Source of the DNA: Rhodosorus marinus CCMP1338
Lineage: Eukaryota; Plantae; Rhodophyta
Direction of reading: 5' to 3'
Assembly: GCA_029953675.1 (NCBI GenBank)
Contig: JAMWBK010000001.1
Span: 186,001-250,000, forward strand
Length of the DNA: 64,000 bases
Part shown: piece after piece, positions 11,705 to 22,200 of the stretch
How positions within the stretch are numbered: position 1 is the stretch's first letter
Layout: every line of letters begins with the position of its first letter
Program-made: the position numbers and the translations under genes
The notes under the pieces: generated by a model
Databases searched by the model: none
What the model was told of the DNA's origin: nothing
Seen by the model: the letters and a program-made list of their open reading frames with translations, nothing else

Positions 11705-13532
11705 TCACCACCCTCCCCCACCACCGCCCCCTCCTGCACTGCTTCCCCCTCCAAACGAAAAGGATGATCCCCCTTGTCGATTATGGTTTTTGCTCCTAGC
11801 TATTAGAGCATCTTGCTCCCTGTGTCGGTCATAGTCCTGTTTTCGCATTACGAAACAGTCGAATGATTCAGATCAAGAAAATGGTATTGCTCAAAAGCGT
11901 TTCTACGGACGTGTCTATCAATGCGCTCATTCTGCTTACGCCGACGAAGTCACAAAACGGGTCTCCGAGCCAAACATCAACATGCCTCTGAGCAACAAGA
12001 TCCGGGTACAGATAGTGCAATCTACGCAGCCGGAACTGGACTGGATATGCACCAGCAACGGTTGAGTCCCCACTTTGTCCTTGAGATCCATCCTTACGCT
12101 CGGTTGGGGAGCCGTCAAAAGCGTTCCTGTTTATAATGAGAAATTAGAGGTTGATTTCGTGTGCTTCAAGCCAAGATCGGGTTGACCCCACGCATAGAAG
12201 ACTTACTGTTGGCAGATAGGACAAGTTTGTCTAGCAGAAGCTCGAAGCCAGTCCTCTATACATCCGGAGTGGAACGCATGACCGCAATGAAGGCTCTGCT
12301 TTTTCAGTCTCTCGTCTTGAGGTTCTTCCTGTGTGAAGTCCTCCAGACAGATAGGGCAAGACGTTGAGCTGAAATTGGGCACGTCTCGCGATTTATCACG
12401 CTCATCCTGGATCTTTTGCAGCTTCCCTCGAACGTCTTTGACTCGCTTGCTCTTCTTCCAGATGTTGCTGTTTGGAAAATACCCGAAAATCATCAAAAAA
12501 CACAACTCAAGCTTCAGACAAATAAGGGACAGCATGGCCTCTCCCAAGTTCGCCAACGATTGTCAGGCGTTCCTTACACAATAGCCAACCCAAAGAAATA
12601 TACGACACAGGCAATAATTGTCACACCAAAAAGCGTTGATGCAAAATGGAAAAACGAGTCTAGCCAGGTGGGCTCTTTAGAAAGGTAGTCCCCGATGGAT
12701 TGGACAGCAGACAGAATTGCCTCGTCATCCTGTAGAAACAAGGATTCTGGATGTTCAGCTGGACTGGTTTCTTTAGGTATACGCAATCCGGGGGAAGAGC
12801 GACTCATACATCTTTCTGTCGAAGAAGCCTCCTGGTCGAGCCAACGATATTGGCGATCCTACTGTCAGTAAGCCTCTTTGCTGCACCCTTTCCAGTAGCG
12901 ATGTACATGTAGCGATCCTCGAAAGACACGAGAAATAAAACTCCGTTGTTGCATTCTTTGCTGCCCACTCCCCATTTGTCAAAAATCGCCCGAGCGAGCC
13001 TGAAAGGAGAAAGAGAAAAGCGTCCTGGTCAATTGTCATCGTTCCATATTCGCAGCGTTCACAGGATATGATCAGGATTCTGGCCTCTCCAAAGTTACCT
13101 TCCGAATTCCTCATCACGATTCCCGGATTTGATATGTGCTGATTTCATAAGAGCTACGCCTACCTGAAAAATAAAATAAAACGAAAACACAAACATACAT
13201 ATCGGCTACGATTCACTCCATGGCGACAAGCAAATTTTGAAGTGAGGTGTAGGGCTCACCTGATATCCATCATACCCACTACCACAAGGGCCTAACTTGA
13301 ATCCACGTTTTCCCGCCTGAAGGTCATTCACTATTCCGTCCACGGTGTCCCTCGCAGAGGAGCTTAACATCGAGTCTGGATCGCATATCGAACTTCTTGT
13401 TTTTCCTGACCTCCCACAGAGGTCAGGTTCTACATTCGGGTTCGGAAACGACTCAGCACTCCACATTTTTCCCCAAGCTGTCCCGTACAGCAGCAAAAAA
13501 ACCACCGAAACCCTTAAAGCTCGTGGCGACAT
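11705..13532 (-). CDS. Signal peptide + TPM/MOLO-1-like domain + TM + RING-H2 + Gly-rich tail membrane protein
   Basis: N-terminal signal peptide, then FPNP...CGR...ICDPDSML and ARAIFDKWGVG...NNGVLFLVSFEDR (TPM). Next a TM segment LFGVTIIACVVYFFG, a complete C3H2C3 RING (CPIC...CGH.FH..C...CPIC) and FRLRRLHYLYP. Ends SFGGGSSAGGGGGGGGW*, stop at 11705-11707. Confidence 0.85.
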
Positions 13533-14248
13533 AGCATCCACCCAGGGGTCACCGAAAACCACTCAGGCACTTTTCCAGAAGACGCACTCAATACCACTCT
13601 CAAGAACACCACCAAAAAATGTCCAGGAATTCAAGGCTCCATCTGTAACACACTGCTTCGCCCAAACAAACAAAAGACGACACTCTAAGATCTCCCATAG
13701 CCGCTTTGTCACACATGCTTCAACCCCACCTCCTCCGCCATGACTATATCTACTTCACAAACCAAAAACGGAGCTCTTCTCAAATTATTGATTCCCTAAT
13801 AAGCACCGTCTAGATTTTGGCTGAGTAAGCACAGTTTGTCTTTATGTACTTAATTAATTGGTTAGTAGTCTCAAAAAGACAGGTGTTGATAATTAATTTG
13901 ATGAAGCTTTGGGACGATAGCACAGAACAGCACCCCCTCTAAAATATTTGACTATTCCTTTGGCGTATTTTCCAATTTTAGTACATTCTAGATTGAAATT
14001 TTTTTCTGCTAGACAAAACAAGGGACTTTTTTCATGCTCTCTTTTTGCTCCGGGAATGGAAACGACTAAATTGTTTTCACCAAAGGGTGGGTGGCATAAA
14101 ATGTACATATTCATGTTCGATATTTTACGTACATAAAACAAAATTTATTGGGTTGGAAAATGGAGTTTGATCATGGTGTGGAAGGTTCCGTCAAATGGCT
14201 CACGACGCAGTTGTCTTTCATCGATTTCTGCAGTTTGGAGTAGCAGAT

Positions 14249-15182
14249 TTACCGGAGCCTTTTCCTCCTCTCTAGTCTCTCAGTTCTCTGCTCGTCCTTC
14301 TTACGCTTTTCCGATTCCATCTTGCGTTCAACCTCCTCCTGGATAGTGGCCATAGGCATGGGGATAAAGCTCGTGCGCTTACCAGCTCTGACTTGCTTCG
14401 CGTAGTCATCGTAGTGGTCCTGATAAGATTTTCATGGACTGAATCAGTAACAGATATCAACACACGAACCGAAGATGTCTCAACTAACCTCAGTCAATCG
14501 ATAAGCCCAGTGCTGCAAAAGTTGCCGAATCACCGGTGAAACGCGTGCATCATCAAATTCCTCCTTTGCAAGCACGACCTTGTGGATTAGGTTTCTTTTC
14601 CAGCGTCCCTGCACAAGAACAGTGGGTAGAGACTAAGCAATGGACCGGGCAGAAGCCATGAGCCATCTAAAACGTGCTCGAACCTTTTCTCCTGCGATCG
14701 CACTCCATCGGCCAATTTGTCGACTATCATCCGGAGTTCTTCGTCCGAGGAAAAACCTACAGTACCATTGCACCCAACCATATGGATCGTAGGAGGTAAT
14801 CCATCCCTTGCCCTCCCATTCTTCAAGACTCAAGCCGGTCCTTGCTCTGTACAAATTAACCTAGACCATTGGGTATTGTCTCCTTATGTTCGTTATAGAG
14901 CTCGAATATGTCCGTTTGATTTGGTTTACAAAATACCTGAACATCGTAAAGCGGGGAAGCCACCTGTTTCTGGATATCCAATCCTTCAAACCACTCATCT
15001 GGGAATTCCTTCCATGCGTCTTTCAGTCGTTTGCCAACGACGGAGGAGTATATGGGTCTGAAGTAGGTACCACCAAAGCTGCCAGACTGAAAGATCTCTT
15101 TCGGAGAAAGGTTGGGTCGAAAACTGGGAGTGTCAGAAAAGCGAAATGCTCCATCTTTCCCCCTAGAGGGTATCACAGCCAT
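14249..15182 (-). CDS. Conserved uncharacterised protein (FRPNL/GSFGGTY/DPYGW.QWY family); start may lie further upstream
   Basis: Spliced product contains FRPNLSPKEIFQSGSFGGTYFRPIYS, EEWEGKGWITSYDPYGWVQWYCRFFLGRRTPDDSRQIGRW and SPVIRQLLQHWAY, followed by a charged helical tail. Canonical in-frame introns. Confidence 0.8.
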
Positions 15183-15781
15183 CCGCGCGCAACCCGTCAG
15201 TCCACGAGCATGAGCGCCCTGTTGCTGTTGCCTTCCAAGCCAACTGGACACAAAGCAAGAGTCCGCTAAAACCCTGAACTTGCGCTCAACTTGTGTTCGA
15301 TCTGAGGACCATAACATTCTCGAGGCCTTTCCGCTCGCTCTGCTCTTCGGCCTCAAGTCCTCTCCATCGGTTTGCGCGGCTCAATTACCTCAGGACGGCT
15401 CAAATGTTCATAGGACACGTCGTCGTACATTCTACTGTACAATTGGCTTTTGTCCTTCGTTTTCTGCTCGAAAGGAAGAGACGCCGGGACTGCACATGCT
15501 GCGCTGCGCAGTAGCTCCAGGTCACCGGTCACCGGTGGAGGAACCTTCTTGCGCATTCTACGTCTTGCCGGATCGGTGGTTTTAGCAGGTCACGGGATCT
15601 CAGATCGAGATGGCTAGGCCAAGTCAGGGCTTGGCTAATGGACATGTTTTTATTGGAAACTGGAATTTTTTGGTGCTTCTCAGGTTGTTCCGCAGCGGAT
15701 ATCGTGTTTTACTTTTCAACATCGACTAGCGAAAGTCCTGTTTTCTTCTATGCTGGCAAAACACACGGCTCGATAGAACCC

Positions 15782-17248
15782 CTAATTCTGTGCGGTGAGA
15801 GGGGTGTCAATGATACCTTCCGCTTGATCAATGATACCTTCTGCTGGTTCCTCTGTAGGTAGAGTCTCCGATTCATGAACTGGTTCTGCGTCTTCCGGCT
15901 TGGAAATGGCCCAGTATTCCATTCTGCCCTGAAAGCCGTGAGAGTCCAGAGGTCCTTTCGGCTGGCGAGGTGGGACATACCGCTTGATTGTAGGGCTCGA
16001 CAAAAATCCTACGTCGGAATCGCCTTCTTTCCACTGGGAGCGTGGTTTGGTCATCTTGTACTTGGAAAGCTGCTCCGCGCTGAGAGGTTCATGAGTCTTA
16101 TCCTCTGGTCGTTTCGATGGTTTCTTACCACGCCGTCCTCCGCGCGAGCTTTCACCGTCCCCAGACTTTCGGTCGGCTTCCTTCTGCTTCTTCCAGTCCT
16201 CCTCGAGTTGCCTGAACATCTCAATCTTTTCTGGGTCTTTTGTACAGCACATGTACTTTTCTTCATCTTCGTTCTCCACTACCCGATGGCCAAGGCCGAG
16301 CTTCTCTGCGATACGGTGGATTCTGCGCCTTTCAGGAAACTGGAGCTCCGTAGGGAAAGCATAATCAAGGCCTTCTTCATCTGGACGATCCTTGAACTCA
16401 GTGAGGATCTTCAGATACTTCTGCCCTACAGCGTCAAGGTCTTGCTCCATCGAATCACGGGAGAGGGCCTTGCTGTTCAGCCTTTTCTCCTCTTCTTCTT
16501 TCCAGACGTGTCTCAGCTCTTGATCCTTGGTGACTTGGATGACCCGCTTTCCTTCCTGGTTCTCACTGCTTCTGTGGCCCAGTTCCAAATTTTCCGCTGC
16601 ATCGTGGACGGCGCGCCTATGAAAGCTGGATAGGGTTGATGAAAACTCGTAGTATGTCTCCTCTGGATTGTTGATGAATTCGCTCAGAACTTCAGTGTAC
16701 TGTCGTACTTGCTCTTCGTACTGTTCTGCCTTTGCTTCCTTCGAAAGTTTTGGCTCCTCAAAGGGTGGACGCTTTTGCGTGCGCCAGTTCTCCTCTGTGT
16801 TCCTCTTTGGCCTCGTCGTCGTGCGCGGCGGTTTCTTCTCCCGTGGGGGCCGCTCACCAGGTTTCAGACGACGATACTCGATTCGAGTTCGCCTTCCTCC
16901 AATTTGAGCTATTTTTAAGTACCCGTGAGCTTTGATAGCGTCCTCTAGACTTCGATAATTAATGAACACCAATCCTAGAAATTTCCCCTCGGTATCGTTG
17001 TACGGAGCAAAGCTCTTAATGGGCAAGGTTCCGTCTCCGAGTCCGCGAATTTGGTCCTCTAGTAGATCAATATCGCTGTCATAGGGCAGATTCTTTATCA
17101 CGATCGTCGGATTTGGTGGAATTTCCTCGTCCGCTGTTGATGGTGTTCCGGGACTCCTGTCCTCTGCAGAATCTCTTGGGAGGTATTTACCATTACCAAA
17201 GGCTGGCAAAACCGGTACGACCGGTGGAACTTCCTCGGAACTATCCAT
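15782..17248 (-). CDS. RNA-binding protein: RRM + two R3H domains (Pin4/Cip-like architecture)
   Basis: Single 488-aa ORF. RRM with RNP2 TIVIKNLP and RNP1 FLGLVFINY; two R3H motifs (RRAVHDAAENLELGHRS, RRRIHRIAEKLGLGHRV); C-terminal PRQPKGP...GF, SUZ-C-like. Confidence 0.88.
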   Translation of the reverse strand: MDSSEEVPPVVPVLPAFGNGKYLPRDSAEDRSPGTPSTADEEIPPNPTIVIKNLPYDSDIDLLEDQIRGLGDGTLPIKSFAPYNDTEGKFLGLVFINYRSLEDAIKAHGYLKIAQIGGRRTRIEYRRLKPGERPPREKKPPRTTTRPKRNTEENWRTQKRPPFEEPKLSKEAKAEQYEEQVRQYTEVLSEFINNPEETYYEFSSTLSSFHRRAVHDAAENLELGHRSSENQEGKRVIQVTKDQELRHVWKEEEEKRLNSKALSRDSMEQDLDAVGQKYLKILTEFKDRPDEEGLDYAFPTELQFPERRRIHRIAEKLGLGHRVVENEDEEKYMCCTKDPEKIEMFRQLEEDWKKQKEADRKSGDGESSRGGRRGKKPSKRPEDKTHEPLSAEQLSKYKMTKPRSQWKEGDSDVGFLSSPTIKRYVPPRQPKGPLDSHGFQGRMEYWAISKPEDAEPVHESETLPTEEPAEGIIDQAEGIIDTPLTAQN

Positions 17249-19252
17249 TCACACTCGGCAGCTTGGATAATGAATAACAGGTGATGATCCCCAGCTTCAC
17301 AGGACAGGACCCTCGCCCTTCCAAACTCACTCGCGTCTTGATCTCCTCGGATGTGATAACCCAACTCGAAAGTCCTAACAACAACTTGGCCAAATGCAAA
17401 TCAAGTCTCCTTCCCCTCTCTCCAAAAGAAACGAACAAGTGCGTACCACAAGGTCCCTCCTCCTCTATTTCTCTATTTGTCCGTAAACGCACCAAAAATA
17501 ACTCAAAAAATCAAAAGAATGCTTAAGCAAGATGGACACTAGCCAAAACAGCTGGTCGCCACCCTTTTGTCTTTTCAAACAACATGCCGGTTCTCTCACC
17601 AAAAACAAGAGCGCTACCCATTCTCAACGTTGCACATAATTAAGAAAATAAAAGCTGATCACCAGCTCTTTTCTTCGTCTCTTCCCTTCCACTAACCGCA
17701 TTTCACCCTATTTCCAAGACTATCACTACCACCACCCCAACAACCCCAAAAAGCTTCAAGTTCGTTTCCCTCTCTTCTACAAACAACAATAACCTTGTTG
17801 TCCAAGGGACCCTAAAGTAGATCCACCAAGATATCCCCCTCCAGGTCCAAGACCTCTTCAACCCCGAAGCAGCTTTCGTCTCCCCCCCACCCCCTCCCCC
17901 CTCTCCCCACCACCTACTCATCCACCTCATCAGCCGTGTGGTCAATATCTCTTGGACACGACCCATCTTGATCATGCAGAATGAACGGAGCGCAGGGCGG
18001 GGGTCGATGAGGAGAACTGAGACCTCCAGTGCTCAGGCAATACTTTTCTCAATCCACTACCAAAAAAAAGAGGCTATTCCTCTTTGACCTAGAGATGATC
18101 TACATTTCGTAGTGATCAAAAGCACATATCCACAAAGCGAACGTAATACTCACACAATGGCAACACGGCGAGTGAAACCGTGCCTTCCACGGCCTCGAAA
18201 AAAATCTGTCCCAAAAAAAACGAACCCCTTGCCAAAACATCGTTTTTACATGGATTTTCTTCAACCCATATTCAAGACGGTATGCTCTCTATATCAGTGA
18301 GAAGTGGCCTTATTTTACTGTATTGAGGAATATTTGTTTGCTTGTTGATCGTGAATATGAAGATTATTCTTGATTATGATATTCGATTAGTGTTCGGGGA
18401 TAGTACGTTGTACTACTAGTGTGCGAGGTAAGGTTGAAGTACGTTGAGAGAAGTGGGGAGTGGGACCTGACTAGGCTTGCCGACAGATAGGAACAGTAGA
18501 ATTCGAAAGCTGCGATCTAGACCTTGATCGCGAACTTCTCCACTGGGATCCGTCTTCTCAGCCGAAGTCCAACGTCCACGTTCCGACTCTTGTAAGGCGA
18601 AGGCTCTTGTGCAAAACTAGGATATAGTCGAGAAGTTTTCATCGCGTACTGGACGTGAGAAACGGCCTGTCGTTTCAAAGACGGACTTACGGCGTTCAGT
18701 GAGAAGTAGAAAGCCTGCTGCCGAAGCACCCTCCTTTTCTAGAATCATATTCCTCTGTTCCGGTTGAGCCAGGCTGATATTCGCGCTCGGGCCTCACTGC
18801 AGGCACCACAGCTGTTACATGGGAAACATTTCAGAGAGGCAAGATCCATCGTACATGGTGCATGTAGTCATGAAGTATAAAAACGATTTTTCAATTTACT
18901 ACACAACCAGTCCGTCCGACAGTTGTAAAACTTAGAGCCGTGAGTCAGATCGCAGGAAATCAAGTATTGAAGGATCCATCATCTGTGAATCCTTCCAAAC
19001 AGATTAACCAACAGCTCCGAAGCATACCTCGGAGCAATGGCGTGGTACGTTCTCCCTTGTGTTAAGTTGGTAGATAGTGATTCGTACCGTTGACCCACGC
19101 CGCTGTAGAATATCGTACAACACTAGAGCTCGCGCTCATCCTGAAAGTATCTATCAGAAGACTCCCAAGTATCACGCCGCGGGTCCGCGTATACAGTGGC
19201 GGAGAAGACTTTCAAAACTCTTCTGGTCCCCAGAGCGTTTGTTAAATAGTTC

Positions 19253-22200
19253 TCAGCCAAACCTCCTCGCAGTCCTCTGGGCCTTGCTCATTGGAGTCCC
19301 TCCGGCAATGACTCGCTGAGCTGGCCTGCTAAACGACGGTGTCTGGTGTCTTCTAGCTCCTGCTTGATTTATCGCTGGCCGTGCTCCTTGAGAAGCCGTT
19401 TGAGTCTGGTCAGCTGTTGCTTCTTCACCAACTTGGACTCTGCTGCCGAATGCGTACGTAATACGCTTCGCACCCATCGGCGTAACGGGAGGCTCATTGG
19501 CTTTGCCCGCAACAGAAGCAACAGAAACTTCAGGGGCGAAGTGAACAGAGCGATGCGGTTTTGCTGAGACCAAGGAGCTCCCTAAATTAGCAGAGTGGTC
19601 CGCGTCGGGTAGATCTGAAAGTAGATTTGAAAGCTCCTGCTCAGAGTCAAACATGATCTGCAAGAAGCACATGGACATGAAAGCACAGGTACGATTGCGT
19701 GAGCTCGCTGATGATTCAAAAGGGTGGCAGATATGCAGATATGATCGACTGCGCATGCCTACCTTGGGTCTTTTATTCAAGTCAAGGTCTTTGGCGGAGA
19801 CTCCCATGGGACGCACAGACCGAATATTCACTCCGTTCTCAGTAAGCGGCCATGCAGGTGGATGTGAGCCCGTCTCCTTAGCTAATCCATTTCTTCCACT
19901 CCCGTTTGCAGCGAGTCCCGCCCTTTCGCGCTTAGAATCAGCGCTACGAAGTGGCAGACTGGGAGTTCGTATTCCCGCATCAGTAGATACGCGTTTGGTC
20001 GGCATTGGTGATCGTAGCGCAGACATAGAAGGGCCCTTCAATGTCGCACCAGAATGCAGATTTAGTTTTTTCGCACGCATAAGCTCTAACTTGAGCTCCG
20101 CTTCGCGGCTGTTAAAATCAGCTTCCATCTGAGGAAAGAAAAACGTTTCGAGACTTAGTAGCGACGAGCTAGTTCTTTACGTCATTGATCAATCATGATA
20201 CCTCTATGATCTTTTTGCTTGGGTCTTGGACCTTCGTCAGTTCGAAATTCGCCAGCTTCTCCTCCAGAGCTCGTATTTGCTCATCCTTCGAGGGGAAAGA
20301 GCTGGTAGTCCTCTCCAGGTGCGACAGCTTCTCCTCGAGCGCAACAATTTGTTCGTCTTTGAGAGCGAAAGATCTACTAGTACTCTCCAGCTTCGTCACC
20401 TGCTCCTCGAGAGCTAGAATTTGCTTATCCTTGAAGGCGGATGAATCGCTAGTCCTTTCTAGGTTCGTTATCTTCTCTTCAAGCACTCGAATTTGTTCAT
20501 CTTTCAAGGCGGAAGAACGGCCAGCTTTTTCCATGTTCGTGAGCTCCTCCCCCAGCGATTGGATTTGTTCATCCTTCATAGCAGAGGAGCGTTTCATCTC
20601 TTCAAAATTCTCTACTGTCTTCTCGAGGGCTCGAATTTGTTCATCCTTCAAAGCGAGATTAGTACGTTGGACTGCCTCGACTCGCCTAAGCTCGTTTTCC
20701 AGCTTGTCCAGTTTCTCTTGGCTCTTGGCGTTCTTCTGGAGATGTTTTTGGTTCTCATCTTGAAGGTGCTCGACCTGCTGTGAAGCACTCTCAACGGCAC
20801 GCCGCGTCTTCTCAAGGTCCTCGTGTTTTTTCGCCAGCTGCCGGTCCAAATTTTCTCGCTCTCTGTCTCCTTCAAGCACCTGGTTGCGAAGCCGCTGAAC
20901 CTTTGTCTCCAGAGTCTTTCTCTGACTTTCCTTTTCGCTGAGTTCTCTACCGAGCCTGACCAGCTCTACATTATCAGCTCGTTTCGAAGCAGCGCCAAGC
21001 TCAACCTGAACAAAATCATACAGTCGGATTGCTTCAGCGTGGTCCCTCGTACAAACTTCTCCGAGATTCGCCGAGCTTGCCAGCCAAATACCTTTGCAAC
21101 TCGGGAAGCAAAGAGCAGACTGCAGTTGGTCTCGGACTGTTCGCTCTCTTCTGGAGCTACATTTACAAACATGACAGTCTTGGAGTTACCGCCAATGCTT
21201 TCCTGCAGCAAGTAAGTCAGTTTCGAGTTTCTGAAAGGAATATGGGGTTGTCTGGAAAGAATCCCCATGAACACGTCACCAAGCGCTGCAAGCGACTTAT
21301 TTATATGCGCGGCTTCCTTGAGTCGATCGCCCACAGCGTGAGATTTTGACAGCCGCTCGGAGCCTGCCAAATCAACCTGCAAAAGAGGCAATCAAGAGCA
21401 AAGGGCGTATCAGACACAGTCGGGCGGCGATAAATAGCACTATGCACCCAACGCATATAACCGGGTACTTACCAAGTGAAGATTACCCGAGGTTCTCAGG
21501 TTCGTCAATAAGCTTCTGCTCTGGACGCGCACAGATACGATAAGATGACTGCGGGAAGACCTCTCGTTCATCGCAGTTGCGCCAGAAGCTCGATTTGAGC
21601 TGCCTTCTCTCATCAGATTCCATACCTCATTTGATGTGTGGCAGTCTACGAGCGTTAGATCAGGGATAAATACGCCATCCGGTCCTTTTTTGATTTCGAG
21701 CTTGGGCTGGACTTTGTCATTGACAAGCAAGTCTCTAAGCGTCTCGTTATATATCTCGACCATTGAAACCGAGATTTTCGTGTCGAACATATCGTTCCGT
21801 TCCTGACTTATACGGAACAGGTCCTGGAGAGCTCGAAAATTTACGCCTCGATCTTCGGGGACCCCGTTCATAGTATAGGTCTTGCCCGAGCCGGTTTGCC
21901 CGTACGCAAACACGCAGGCATTGTACCCATCCAATACAGATGTAACAACACTTGCAGTTTCTTGGTATACAGTGGATTGGCTTTCAGATACCCCGAACAC
22001 TCTGTCGAACTCGTATCGCTTCGCTCCTACGCTTATCTTTTTGTATTCACCGTTTTCTAGTCCGCCAATGTCTACGAACGCCTGACGACCGGCTTTTGGC
22101 GGTCGTATCCGGCAGAATACCCTTGATTGCCGTCCGCAACCAGGACCAGTTAGCCAGGTCGTATTTTGTGATGAAACGAAAATGTCTACACGTGTGATGT

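Noticed and set aside
15875-16633. 252-aa plus-strand ORF (and similar long antisense ORFs at 20185-20763, 22697-23374, 61203-62060, 1126-1707)
   Set aside because: Each lies antisense to a well-supported gene and has no recognisable motifs; these are shadow ORFs from codon bias.
17600-19000. Short ORFs at 17703-17975, 18112-18300 and 18517-18729
   Set aside because: Low-complexity or UTR/promoter-like sequence with no coding signal.
20229-20660. CRISPR-like regularly spaced repeats
   Set aside because: The units are contiguous in-frame coding repeats inside a eukaryotic exon, with no unique spacers and no cas genes.
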